The notes below the pieces were generated by a model that saw only the letters and a list, made by a program, of their open reading frames with translations, was not told the origin of the DNA and did no database searches. Below, piece by piece: positions 50,801 to 63,194 of a stretch of DNA of 64,000 bases. The stretch lies in contig NMRA01000344.1 of NCBI GenBank assembly GCA_002633005.1, forward strand, positions 227,365 through 291,364, given 5' to 3'. Each line of letters begins with the position of its first letter. Positions within the stretch are counted from its first letter, which is position 1. The translations under genes were made by a program, and so were the position numbers. Source of the DNA: Phoronis australis (lineage: Eukaryota > Animalia > Phoronida).

Positions 50801-53800
50801 TTATTAATAATTACTCGTGGCTCTCACTTATACATTCAGCTAATGTCACTCGGTATTGTGTTCTTTGGATGGTCATGTTTCCATCATCTGGCATTAAGCT
50901 ACAGTAGACTGAGACATGAAGTGCACCTATGGTCGGACTGTGAGCTGGGCTTCAGTTTAAAGCCACTATTTACCTGAGTGGCTTTGCTGTACGTGAACTT
51001 GGAATCCTGCTTAATCTCAAGATTAAGCGGAAGCGAGTGTTGCGTGAACTTGGAGTACGCGAGGCCACTTTACAAGCTCACTCAAATAATCCCGTTTATG
51101 TTCATAAAAGTTTGCACTGCACTAATTTAAAATAAAGTTACATTTGAAATGTCAGTTTTAACCAACCTTTTCAACTACGGGCAATCAGTTTCACCAAACA
51201 ATAATTGATTTAGCCATTCACATATTCCTCCGGTTCAGCGACACGAGTTACGGTAAAGGAGAAAATGGTCGATTGCGAGGCCAATAATTTCAAAAATTAT
51301 TTTCACCGAACAAAAATTTCACCTTTTTGCCTTAAAGAATATTCAATTCTAAGTTCACGCAACACTCACTTCCGCTTAATCTTGAGATTAAGCTGGATTC
51401 TAAGTTCACGCACAGTGGGGACTGTTCAACTCTCCATAACATTTCAGTCCCCAGCCATGAGTGATCACAGTCCCTCCCCTGCTAGTCATAACGGTCAACA
51501 TGAAGACACACCAGAACCACAAGACACCAAGCCTAAGTCCCAGGAGAATCAACAGACACCGACCACAGACTTGTAAGTCAGTATGGGACTTTACGGCCTT
51601 TGCACAGTGCTCGAAACTTGATTAAAGAAATTGCCCGTCCTTGTGGCACACTTCGAGAAAACTTCAATTTTCGAGTCTACTAAATTTGACTGGCTCAGTT
51701 TTAGATCTGTCGTTCATAGATAGACATCAACTAAGCTTCAGTGGAGGGAACTTAAGAGTCTTAGTGAGTTGAATTGAGTTAGTGTAAGACAAATGTAATG
51801 TCATCTTATACTGTCAAGTAGACTACAAGCCAAAAGAATACAGACAAACTGTCCAGTTATTCGTGTCATGACAACTGAGCACATGTGCTATTCCATGCTA
51901 AGACGGTTGAGTGTAAGTGGAATTGACCATGATTGTAACTCACTGATGGGTGATTTTTTAATAAAAAGGCATTTTGTACTGTACCAGTTATGTGAACTAG
52001 AATTCACCTTTCCCAGTGGACATCTAATGATCTTCAATTACAACCATTTTGATAGTTGAAGCGAGTTTATATTATATGTAATTTGTTTGTAAACGAGATC
52101 TCACTGTTATCCAGCATGATACTCAATTTCGCCAAATTTAGTGCTTTCCATAAATCTCTCAAACTTCAGACAAAGATAAAGCCAAATGTGCCATTTTTTC
52201 CATTTGCATTCAGTTTGTAACTTTGATGAGTTTCTCAAAATATTGTCTGATGACAGCTACATTACTACTGAACTTGAAAAGGGTAAAGTATTTAATTTGG
52301 TACCACCTTTTTTGAAAAAATGAAGAAAACATATATTTCACACATTCATCATATTGTGCTTTGAATTAGTCAGATTTTACTGTTGCCTTTTCCTGAATGT
52401 CCGTTTCATTACAACTGGAAACGTACTGAAATAATGAATGATTGAAATTATTATTTTACAGAAACCTTGACACCTCCAATGACAACTGTGTTTATGAAGT
52501 GCTCGATCTGAGCATGTCCAAGACCAAAAAGGTGGAAACAGAGGTTAAGAGGGACCAGTTAACCAGTAGCAGTGTGGTGGTCAAACATTCCTCGTTAGGA
52601 TCCCGGGGAACTGTTAGGTTTGTCAATCTTGTGTTTTAACTGTATACATGTATGTTGTAGTAATCACAAAAATGGTTGCAGGTGATCAGTGCTGTGGGCC
52701 CCCATGCAGTGTCTGCACACATCTGTTACAACGTGTACCAGACCTCCTGCAATTATTGTTTAATCATTAAGCTGTCATTTCAACTGTAGCCTTCAAAATG
52801 TTATTTAGTGAAATTTTGTTAACGCTGTTGCCATCTTGTTGCATCAGTTTTTGAATTTTGACTAAAGTTATGAGAAAACTCTTTAAAATTCCCCCCCCCC
52901 CCTACATTTCACTGTCTCTTTGACACGAAAGTGTTTGCCATTTCATTTACTTTTATTTTGGAACATAGTGGTTGACAGGAATACATACCACTTTCATCTT
53001 GTGTATATTTTATGGTGGCTTGTCTAATTTAATTTGAATACAAAAACAACACAGATTTTTGTTTATTCTAAATAATACATTCCATGCAAAAACTGATGGT
53101 GCGTTTTTGTTTCAGCCCTGATATATTGGTAGAGTGTGTTCCCTTTGCCTCTAAAGGTTCCATCCAGCCCTTTACAATATCCATAACTTCCAACTGTCTT
53201 TTACTCATGGTAAGTAATGTTGCTATATTAAGGGTGTGCTAAGTGGTAAACTTTGCTAAGTGGTAAACTTGGCAGTATCTACTCATGCTTACCTTGCTAT
53301 TGAGACATTCTACTTTGCTCTTGTTGTACCAAATTGAATGTTCTCACTCTCTCTCTCAACATTTACTTGATTTTAACTCTTGCTATAGCACAGATAGCTA
53401 GATTGGGTTACATGTTAAGATAATGCGAGTCTATTTATGACGTGCATATTTACTTGTTCTGTACACAGTGTTAATGAAATTAACAAATACAAGAAGTAAC
53501 GCTAATGGTTGATTAATAACTAATTATACCTTCTACAACTAATAGATAGATGGATTCTAAGATAGATTGACTTTGTTTAAACCTGATAGCAGAGGTTCTT
53601 CTCACACTTGGTCAAGTAATTGTATGATCAAGTAATTATAAATATACCTTCTACAACGGGCAGTCAAGTTTCAAACTGTGTCTAATGTGTTTCATTGAGG
53701 ACTGTCACAGTAACTGTCTCATTTTGAATATTGTTTACCTGACTGTTATGTGGAACACACCATTTAAAGGCACTGTGGCTGTTTGAAGTTCATGCGCCAG

Positions 53801-56800
53801 GGTTTGGCGAATAAGACGACTGAAATTCAAATTAAACCGAGTTTCTCACATTTTATACATTGAAACGAATCATGACCTTAGATCTGGGTGCAAATAGTGC
53901 TCTTGGACTCCTTAACAATACTGGAAAAATTAACTGGGAGTCCCATAAAATCTGATGCACAATTATTGTTAAGAGGATGCAGCAACAGTTGGCTTTGGAA
54001 TAATTTGTACCCAGGTCAAATGTCATGATTTGTTTTGACGTAGAGCATAAAAATTCTTCACAAAATTCTGTTTAATCTTAGCTGCCGTGCTAACCAAACC
54101 TGTGTGCATCAACTATTAAGTTGTTGTTAATCTGTGTTCTATGAAATATGTCATTCGCCCCTTTGTAATTGTAGCTAATTGAGTCATAGGCTCGTGACTG
54201 TGACTGCATCATGCTCAAATATGTTGATTTGCCACGGCGTGTCAATTGATGTACCAAACCTCGTCTTGAGCCAAGTTATCATGAACTATCAATTGTTATA
54301 AACCTTTAAGTTACTCCTGAGCTGAGTTGAGACCTCATACGTGCACCCAGGGGGGGGGGGNNNNCCCCCCCCGTTTGGCGAAGTGGGCAAAAACGTCCGC
54401 CTCTGAGAGACAAAAGGTCTGAGAAATTGAGGCAAAAGTCCACTAAACATGCGCAAACGCGCAATTCACGGTGGTGCTCCCGTTTTTTTGTTGTTTTTTT
54501 TAGTCCGCCCGCTTTTTTGTTATCAAAAGGTCCACACTGTCAGGAATTCGAGCCCCCCCCCATATTGAAGGCTGGGTGCACGCATGGACCTAGTTAATAC
54601 TAGTAAGTGGTGGAACATTAAAGCATTCATTTCAGCTGTAACTTCACAGCAGTTTTTGCTGATACCAAGTTAGGATGTTTATGTATAAACAGTGTTTATA
54701 TAACATCATTTAATACGCGTTTTGGGTTGTAGGACTTCCATTGTCATGTGACTAGTAGTGAAGTGGTTGGATACTTGGGTGGCAAGTGGGATGCTGCCAA
54801 CCAACGTAAGTATCAAGTAACTACAGTTTGGTCAAGTTGTGTTTATTAAACAAGGATATTCCCTTTGGTTCCTCTGTGAGCAGTAGTTTGTACTGAGGAA
54901 TGAAGTAAAATAAAACTGAGACGCAGCTATAATTATGCTCCAGTGGTGGTGATATGATAGTGATTATATCCCCTCAATCCTTTTTACTTAACGTACTGTT
55001 TCATTCACCTTTGTCCAGCCTAGGCAAACCACATACATGTTCTTATTTTCATAGTTAATATTCTCTAGTTTACTGCTCTAATCATAGCTAGCATTTCTCT
55101 TTGGTGTGCCTCCGGTGAAGCTGTCCACAGTGACAACAAGTTGAATCAACATATCGTTCACTGGACTCATCAGGGCTTGGGCTCTAGCTCAGCTTCATAC
55201 CTACCCACGTGATATGCAATGTCTTTTAAGCACTCCATGCTCCACTTAATGGACACCTGCCATTCATATGATCAAAACTTCCATGGAAGTGTTGTTTTTG
55301 ATAGCCTGTCACACATGGATGTTAGCTTCTACAATTTGAAAGACTCGCTTACTTTTGCCGGATTCAGGTGAAATTGCAGTACATTTCTGTCTTGTCTAGG
55401 TCTCAGTGTAGAGCAAGCCTTTCCCTGCAGATGTCGCTTGGGTGACAAGGAAAATGCTAATCTCACAGACATGGAGGTAATAAATAGGCCTTGTTGAGAA
55501 TATTCATATTCTCCACTAGTATACAATGTATGTGTAAAAGGTCATCAAGAGCAGAATGCAAGGGTAAGCTCGGTCTACACTTGCAAGATTTTTGTTTGCA
55601 AACCTGACTGTACTCTACTTTTAGTCGAGTTAGCTAGAAAATGTTTGCAATTGTAGACTTATTGCTCAACTCAAACAAACTGTTTAGGCTGAGTTTGGTA
55701 TCTAGGGTTTCGTAGAGTTTGCTGCTGTAGATGTATTGCCAAAATTACCAAAGCATAATTTTGTAAACCACGAATTTAATTCTGTTCGCAGTAAAAAGTG
55801 TGATAGTGTTTGCTAGTTAGTGAACATATTTTAAATCTTTGGAAGATGAAAATTTGAGATACACAAAATCTTGGTTGAGGTGAAATAAATCATTTTTTGA
55901 TTGGGTGTCCCAATTATGTCCCGCTGTTTATGTTTCAGGTGCAATATAATATGCAGCAACGCCGCCTAGTGTTAGTAGGCTGGTACCACAGTCATCCAAA
56001 GAAAGTGGCTGAGCCAAGCCTTCGAGATATTGAGAGCCAAATGAGCTATCAGCTGAGGGGGGCAGGAATCAGCTACAAACCTTGCCTGGCTTTGATTCTT
56101 TGTTAGTATTATTCTTGTAGTCTTTAAGCTTTGAGAGCCATTTCATTTGCAAAATTTGCAAAATGGAATCATTATCATTGAAAACTACTCTCTGTTTCTT
56201 GACTTAAGCAAATAGGTTACGGTTGAGAAAAATGCCGTTATTCCATTTTTCGGCTGCTAAATTTGTGGAGCAATAATATGTATTGGCTTTCAGTGCCATG
56301 AAGTAGAGTACCACCTTTTGGCCAATTTCTTTTTGTGCCATTTCTTCGATCAACAGTTCCTGCAATGTTGCGCTTCATTCACAACAAATTCTGGATTGGT
56401 TTTACTTTGTTATAATGTTAAATATTTATCTTTATTAAACTGAATTTTTAGCAACTTTTGCTTCAGAGAAGTCATTATCTCCCGAAAGATGATGCTAAAA
56501 ATGGAGCATATGGCACATGTCAAAGTCAACGATAGTCTTTTCTTTGTTACAAAAGTGGGATAATGGTTCAACCAACTGTAATGGTCAAGGTCACTGTTCT
56601 TTGGTGCCCAAAGTTTGCATTCCCCTCCCCCCGCCTTTCCCCTGATGGTCGGGAGCCCTAAATATTGATGTAAGTTTCAATGCATCTAATTTTGAAGTCC
56701 TTGAAATGTTTGTATGTATGCTGTTTAGGGTGCGAGCAGTTCTCTGGTGTCAGAGCAGAATGTGGTTCGTGAGAAAAAATGTACTGGTAAAAAGGAAGTT

Positions 56801-59168
56801 GTATTGCTGAAAAATGGCAATCCTGCTTGGGCGAAAAGACTTAATGTCATGAAATCCTGCGGTTAGCGAGAACTGCTTTGCAGTTGCTGTGAGGGGAGGG
56901 GTTACCTTTTTAAAAATGTATTTTGTTGCTTGATTTTTCTTGGGTTGATTTCATTTTAGCTCCATATGTGTCCCATTCCCGACGTGAATCTGATGTGAGG
57001 GCATTCTGGGTAGCCCCGCCTCCTGAGGATAAACCCAACGAACATGGGATGCCAATGGCTATGACCTTCAACACTGTCCAGGATGTGTTCTTGACTCAAG
57101 ATGTTCTGAATGAGATGGTTTGTAGAATTTAATATATCAAATAAACACAGAAAAATCAGGAACCCCAACTGGGAATCGAACCACAGGTCTCTAGATTGCC
57201 GGTCTAGTGCTCTCACCACTGAGCTACTGAGGACCCGATATCTGTGCAATTACTGTTTACAGCCAACTGTTAAGTCATACAGTGTTTATTTGATATATTT
57301 CATTACTGGCCAACCTCAGCATCTATTATTTACTATATCTAATTAACACATACTGGTAAATTGCTGATTGTATATATAATTGTCTAAATCCCGTGTGAAA
57401 AAGGCGAAACGCCACTCATGGGTTGTATGACTTAACAGTTGGCTGTAAACAGTAATTGCACAGATATCGGGTCCTCAGTAGCTCAGTTGTAAGAGCACTA
57501 GACCGGCAATCTAGAGACCTGTGGTTCGATTCCCAGTTGGGGTTTCTGATTTTTCTGAGTGTTTTCATTTGATTTATTTCATTACTGGCCAACCTCAGCG
57601 TCTATATATTTAATGTAGAATTTAAGCTAGTCATACAGAATGTTGCTGTAACCGTGTATCTCTCACCAGCATGTTGTTTGAGACTTCACATTAACTAGGT
57701 GGCGCTAGTGAGTATAGACTTCTCTTATTAATACCTGAATAGAGTGAGAGTGGAAAGTTTATTAGCAAGTGGTGGCAGTGGGTTAAGGGGTAGCGTGTGA
57801 TTATTTGAATACATGCATTTCTGCAGGTACAGCAGGACTATTACCACCCTAGCACCACTCGTCGTTTTGCATGCATTTACACCTGTCCAGCCAAGTTCGT
57901 GTGTAGGCGTGTGTTAACGTACAAGCTTGATCTAAGTTCACCGTGCACCTATATGGTCATCATTTTTGTTATAAATAGAGTGGAATTGGTCATGACACAC
58001 ACCTGTGATGTTAGTTGACGAGTTGAGATATCTTTTTCCACCGAAGTCAGTAATTGTCAAATGGCCCTTTTTTCATCTTCTAAGGTCTTAACATTTCTGA
58101 AAATGGCTGTATTTTTTCAAAGTATTTTCTGTTTGTATCTATACTACAGAATCTGAACATGACAAATCGTTCTTTCGCTGTTACTTAGTGTCTTTTATCG
58201 AGAAATGAGGAAATAAAATTGTCGGCCATATTGTGTCGTACATTGGTGAGATTTTTCTGTAACCATAGTAATGCATCTTAATGTCATTCTGAAATTTTAA
58301 TTGTGTTTATTATTGAAATAGTCAACATGAAAGTTTCATAGATTAATACATACCCCAACTTTGAAATGTATATAATGTCTCAGAACTCACAAATTTACTG
58401 AATTGTTCTAAATTACTTCCATTCTGAGACTGGTAGTGAAGTTATCAGTAGAATGCTATATACGTATCGTGAGACTGATTTTGTTTGCATTTCAGACATG
58501 GTTGATGGAATTCTACAGTGGGTCTCCTGACCTAATTAACTTCAAGCACATCTGGCAGCAGACGTACACATACTTTGACAAATTGAAGGTATAGTCCAAT
58601 GTAACAGACATACACTTACATTGACAAATTGAAAGCATAGCCCAATGTAGCAGACGTACACATACTTTGACAAATTGAAAGTATAGCCCAATGTAGCAGA
58701 GGTACACTTTGACAAATTGAAAGTATAGTCCTATGTAATACCTCGTACGAGTTGATCCATTTAGAATCTGATGGAATGCCATGCAGTGAGTGACGCACAG
58801 TAAAATTTTGTTAATGAGGTTTGAGGTTGGGCATGCAGAAATGTTCACCCAGAAATTTCAGTCTCTCCAGTTACCTAGTTATGTCTTCTTTGCTCTCTAA
58901 ACATGTTTCAATTTTTCTTCACTGTTATGATTGATGCTAGATGAGATCCCCTCTCATTGTTTAGGTTCTGAGGAGGGATGGAAATAAATTGTTCTTCATA
59001 TGTTGTTGGAAACTGTGATTTTTAAGTTTAAAATACCAGAGTTGCTTTTTATTTGTCCAGTTACTGTGTTGTGTTGTTATTTAGAGTTCCATCTCCAAGA
59101 AGATGCCTAAAGACCAAACGATGGAGTCACAACTGTTGATGTTTCTCAAAGAACTGCTGTTGCCATAG
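44822..59168 (+). CDS. MPND: MPN domain-containing protein (RAMA domain + JAMM/MPN+ metalloprotease domain; 13 exons, 477 aa)
   Basis: Exons: 44822-44840 (MDECYK; inferred from phase), 48040-48191, 49233-49379, 50069-50161, 51448-51572, 52462-52617, 53116-53209, 54733-54805, 55400-55476, 55939-56101, 56960-57117, 58496-58588, 59085-59168; 1434 nt in frame. Motifs ITGRGVTLAMLMQEGLIDPG, FTSPSSWAIFCK..KKSGCGWASVKYKGKKLD (RAMA), DFHCHVTSSEVVGYLGG and VGWYHSHP.....PSLRD (JAMM) match MPND. Confidence 0.93.
44967..45039. repeat. Perfect 29-bp inverted repeat with 15-nt loop
   Basis: accacaggcgtcctcagcttctgatcgtc-[atgtagtgtattggg]-gacgatcagaagctgaggacgcctgtggt. Confidence 0.95.
45711..46608. mobile_element. 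Foldback/MITE element with ~270-bp identical inverted arms, in MPND intron 1
   Basis: Arms ~45711-45980 and ~46336-46608 are reverse complements (the ORF track shows identical peptides on opposite strands); TA on both sides; older diverged arm copies at ~45072-45175 (+), ~45300-45360 (-), ~45415-45545 (+). Confidence 0.85.
46700..46790 (-). mobile_element. tRNA-derived SINE-like head (decayed)
   Basis: Reverse complement has A-box-like TAGCTGAATCG and B box GGTTCGATTCCCGG at tRNA spacing. Confidence 0.45.
47398..47722. repeat. Minisatellite, ~56-62-bp unit x ~5
   Basis: tatagcttgctgtttttaatgatttagttatcagg(a/t)acagtaatttttattttg repeated. Confidence 0.9.
48563..49194. repeat. Near-perfect minisatellite, 31-bp unit x ~20, ending at an assembly gap (N at 49195)
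   Basis: gacagaactgtgccacactctgctaatccat head-to-tail, no spacers. Confidence 0.97.
50987..51415. mobile_element. MITE with ~75-bp TIRs
   Basis: ctgtacgtgaacttggaatcctgcttaatctcaagattaagcggaagcgagtgttgcgtgaactt ... aagttcacgcaacactcacttccgcttaatcttgagattaagctggattctaagttcacgcacag; ends 32 bp before MPND exon 5. Confidence 0.8.
54336..54586. mobile_element. MITE with CAT..ATG termini and 5-bp TSD (GACCT)
   Basis: GACCT|CATACGTGCACCCAG ... CTGGGTGCACGCATG|GACCT; internal G/C runs; contains an N gap. Confidence 0.8.
57133..57613. mobile_element. tRNA-like-sequence-containing retroelement insertion with inverted 5' copy, partial tandem duplication and 12-bp TSD
   Basis: TGTAGAATTTAA at 57121-57132 and 57614-57625; inverted arms 57148-57281 / 57424-57557 each with A box (TAGCTCAGT) and B box (GGTTCGATTCC); segment tttcattactggccaacctcagc occurs twice in direct orientation. 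Confidence 0.75.
57471..57543 (+). pseudogene. tRNA-like (pseudo-tRNA/SINE-type head); inverted twin at ~57162-57234
   Basis: gtcctcag-TAGCTCAGTTGTAAGAGCA-ctaga CCGGCAA tctag-agacctgtgGTTCGATTCccag-ttggggt: cloverleaf-like, but C at position 33, GGC anticodon and mismatched T/acceptor stems. Confidence 0.6.
58557..58737. repeat. Tandem repeat, ~46-bp unit x 4, comprising MPND exon 12 end + splice donor
   Basis: gcagacgtacacatactttgacaaattgaag|gtatagtccaatgta followed by three diverged copies. Confidence 0.9.
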
Positions 59169-61599
59169 TGACCAAGAGTTCTGGCATCAAACTGTGTGGA
59201 GACGGACTTGATCTCTGTATTATCTACATTTGGTCTCCTATCAGTGGTGTGTACCCCACTGGAGGTCTTCCCGGCGTGCACAGTGGTTTTCAAAAAAACA
59301 AGTTGACATAATCTTTTAGCGTCTGACTTTGATCTGTTAAAATCTACTCATCTTCTGTGTTTTCATCATTAATTCAATGAAGTTAAAAGAAATTTGTCAA
59401 TTGTGAACTACTGGCAATTTTGTTACTAAAGCATCATTGCAGAGGTCAAGTGGACAAATTAAGGATGAAAAATGACGATCTGTAGTATACAGAGGTTTTC
59501 ATGAAAGTGAAATAATGAAGTTTTTTAAATCTTGTCTGGCCAAAATATTTTTGCACTAAGAAATTCTTCGATATTCGACGAGTCATGAGAATTCAGACAT
59601 CAACTATTTATGAAAACTGCTGTAGAGTATGTGGTGTACTGTGGGGTACCGTCACAGGATGTGTCAGTTGTGTATAAAGATGTTGTGACCTGTTTGGGTT
59701 CACTCTCTATTCAAGTATACACTAGTTGTATGATGTTATACATGTGCTACCTGCAACTATGACTCTGTCTATAGTAGGGAAATACTGCCAAAATATCTCA
59801 GTATTAGGAAGCTAACACTTTAACCCCACTATGGTGTCACAGCTTTGAGCATGTTTACTTGATATTTTATGATGGCTTCTCATCACTGACATTTTACTCG
59901 TATTAAGCAGTAGAGGAAATATGTGCTGGCCTGTCCGATTAAAACTTTGTACAGTGCATGCCAAAAATAAGTAAAAACAAAACAATGTTTCTCCTTCACA
60001 ACGGCTCGTACCATTTAAAGTGGAACTTGCACACTTTTCCTTATTTCTGTGTTTGCTTGGTTAAATTAGTTAGTAACACCACGTATTGCGACGATGAGAA
60101 TATGAAGTAGGTTGAAATTTGCCAAATGTTATTAAGAACGAGTTTTGTATCTAAAGTGATCAGCTGTAAATCACTCAACTGTGTCCAGTAAGTATCGCGA
60201 CGTGGTGTTGGGGAATAACACTGCGTGATGCGGGCTATGTGAGCCCCCAAGGTGCAAAGGTCACCTATTTGCAGAATTTTTTGTTTTCACATTAAATTTT
60301 ACAAATTGTCAATGAATACAACTGCACTTTGTTTACGGTAGATGATGTTCAAATAGCATTGTGGTTTAGTTCCTGCTATACATTAGCATAGTTAGGAGCA
60401 TGCAAATACATCCTTTAATGCTTTTACTAGTAATGACTGCTCAATCCCAGTAACAGAACAGTATCTACTATTAGTTGCTAACTTTCCGGTGAACTCTCCC
60501 TTCGTTTGCGTTCATGACTACTATGAGAATCAATCTGGACTGATCCCATTCACAACATAACACCTTGCCTGAATACTTTCAGTGTTAACTAGTATCTGCA
60601 TTTTTGTGCTAGTTTAAACCTTTTCATCCGCTCCCACAAGGGATGTGTTATTCGGCTTGGCTTAGCAGTTAGCCAACCCTGGAGGCTGCCTTGTTACTTG
60701 GCATGGAATACAGTATTGATAAGCAGAACAACCCATGCAATGTTAACTCTAACTGCAAAGTTACTGAGAACTGCAATTCCCAGAGATAAATAAGTGTTGA
60801 GGGTACTTGTATTATAACATAGGGTGCAATCATGTAGCATGCTCTAAAATTGCCATTTGTTGGTGGATTGTTATGACTCTTTCAGAGTTAGATGCACACA
60901 CATTTGATATGAGACATTGAAAAATTTTGAAATCCCATGTTGAGGCAGGTATTCACTTGGGTAGAGATTTTAGGTGAAAAAAAAACACTTTTCAATGGTC
61001 AATGAAGCGTTTTGTTGAAAATCATACCCTGCTGGCCTCGGTACATACCTCGTCTCATGTCTGACATTACAATTGAGTCATATCCTGAATCAGAATCATT
61101 TTGAATTTGAGTGAATCAAATCTCAACATTAACACTATAGAGCCAGTTGAATGAGTCGTAATTTTCAACGAGTAAGCCATTGTTTGAAATTTCTTGAACA
61201 AGTTCAAAAAATGTAATAACTTTATTGCCTTTGGGGATATGGTAAAACTGTCTTCCTGTCCTTAATTTTCTGCCATGAAGTTGACTGCGTCAAGAGCCAG
61301 AATGCACTCAACTCACTGATCGGCACGTTTGGAAATATTGAAGATTGTTTAAAAGTGGTTGGTCAACAGTGACTGTATCATGCTTTAGTTGTTGTACATA
61401 CGTAATGTAATTAATATCTATATTTTTACACTTATTAGTCTCTGTAATAGGTTGTTGTAAGAGTGATGAAGACAATATAAGTTTAGATTTAGTGATCAAA
61501 AGAAAATGTGCCTTTGAATCCATCAGGTGTTCAATATTTGGTATTGACACATCAAATGTGAGCATGTGAACATTTATGCATGGTCAATAACAAAAAATT

Positions 61600-61875
61600 A
61601 ACTTCTGACTTGGAAGATATCAATGGATAAATCACTACTGGCTCTTTCAGAGGTCTTACTCCCGTAAGATCAAAGAGGCCATTTACATTTATTTAAACAG
61701 TGTAACCCCTCACTTAAGCGTGACCGTGGAATGCAAACTTCCATTTACGACAAGGTGTTACGGTTCTACAACAGCGGGAAGATCAGTCATGTGATCAAGG
61801 GCCTGAGCTGCAGGCTTGAAATATTATGCTTATTGTAACTTAACGTCCCCTAGTAAGTAACTTCTCTCATTCTTT
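61600..61875 (+). mobile_element. Penelope-like retroelement 3' remnant (GIY-YIG endonuclease tail + degenerate hammerhead)
   Basis: 61663: CGT AAG ATC AAA GAG GCC ATT TAC ATT = RKIKEAIYI; after a frameshift, 61704: NPSLKRDRG, matching the R..KEAI.I....P.LNRD.G end of PLE GIY-YIG domains; followed by gtgatcaa-gg-gcctg-agctg-caggc-tt-gaaa at 61791-61821. Confidence 0.65.
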
Positions 61876-63194
61876 ACCCTTATCACAAGAGACGATGATG
61901 AATGACGACCATTTTTAACCGTATTTTTAACTGATATTTGAAGATCACATCTGGGCATTGTTCATGAAAACTACTCTCAAAAAATCTCTTGACCTACACG
62001 TACACGTACCTTTTCCATCTATAGTCTATAAGTCTGCAGCAATACAATATTGAAATATCAATGGTATGTGAATCTTTATTTCAAGAAATTGTAAAATGAG
62101 TCACAAAACATATTAGTCATCAGAGTATCCACAACATTTTAATATCAACCGGTAAAACTTGTAAAGATTAAACACTAGTGAATAAGCCATGTTTCAAAAG
62201 CACTGCATTCAACTCACTAATAGAAGTTTGTGTTACTAGCTACTGAATACTACTTCATAATATGCTCGGCAGTGGGAAAATATCACAATACCTAAGAAAT
62301 GGCACGGGAGCATTTTTGGTAAACTCATTGGTTAGGATAGCACCGGTATGCTTAAACAAGCATGTAATTGTACAACAGCAGAGGGATGTTCAACATGTAA
62401 AGCAGTCACTGTAAAGCTACAGTATAAACATTTGAACCATAGTGAACCCATCAGCTATCATAGTTAATGGCTGGATTACCTAGTTCAAGCCAGTAAATAC
62501 GGACTAGGAACTATGTCTTGGTGTACAGGCACAGAACTACCATGCTCGACCAGATGAACACCAATGTTCCGCTTGACAACTCCAACCCTGAAATTTCCAA
62601 ATGTTCACTTTTAAACACGCATGCTCAGCTTAGTTCCCACCCTATTTCATACGATCAAGACTTCGTTAAAAGTGCTGCCATCTTCGTGAATGTCCGCCTC
62701 GCAACATTTCTAGTTCTCAAAATCGTACCAAACTCGATTAACTTTTAGGTAATGAATAGTCCAGGTAGCGAACATGCAATTCTATTGACATAGTGCAGTG
62801 CTGATAAATTCAATCATTCATTTATTGGCAACATTACATTGCTATAGAATGTTGTAAAACAAGCACGTTATTGGCTGTTGATAAACTCTTCACACCATCG
62901 TGTGATACTTGTAATCACTACTGAGTCCTCCATGTTAAAGCTATGAGAACGTGCTAATATGCACCGTAGCACGAAATCACTGAACAAAATGTCAAATGTA
63001 TAAAGCTAGTAACAGCTTCACAGGTCACACGTACAAGGCTAATGACAATCTCAAACGCCAAACAACATTTTGTCAATAATGCGAACTAGCTTGATCGAAA
63101 TCATTTGAATATGTACTACATTAATACAACTTGCTATCGTACAATACTAGCAAAATTATTAATTTGTTATAAATGATACTAAAGTCTACATCGT

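Noticed and set aside
57360-57412. Intact hammerhead ribozyme in the tRNA-like element
   Set aside because: GCGAAAC is present but the upstream motif is CTGATTG, not CTGANGA, and no convincing stem II is visible.
57162-57543. Two functional tRNA-Ala(GGC) genes
   Set aside because: C instead of U33, an anticodon atypical of eukaryotic cytosolic tRNA-Ala, mismatched stems, and both sit in a TSD-flanked insertion.
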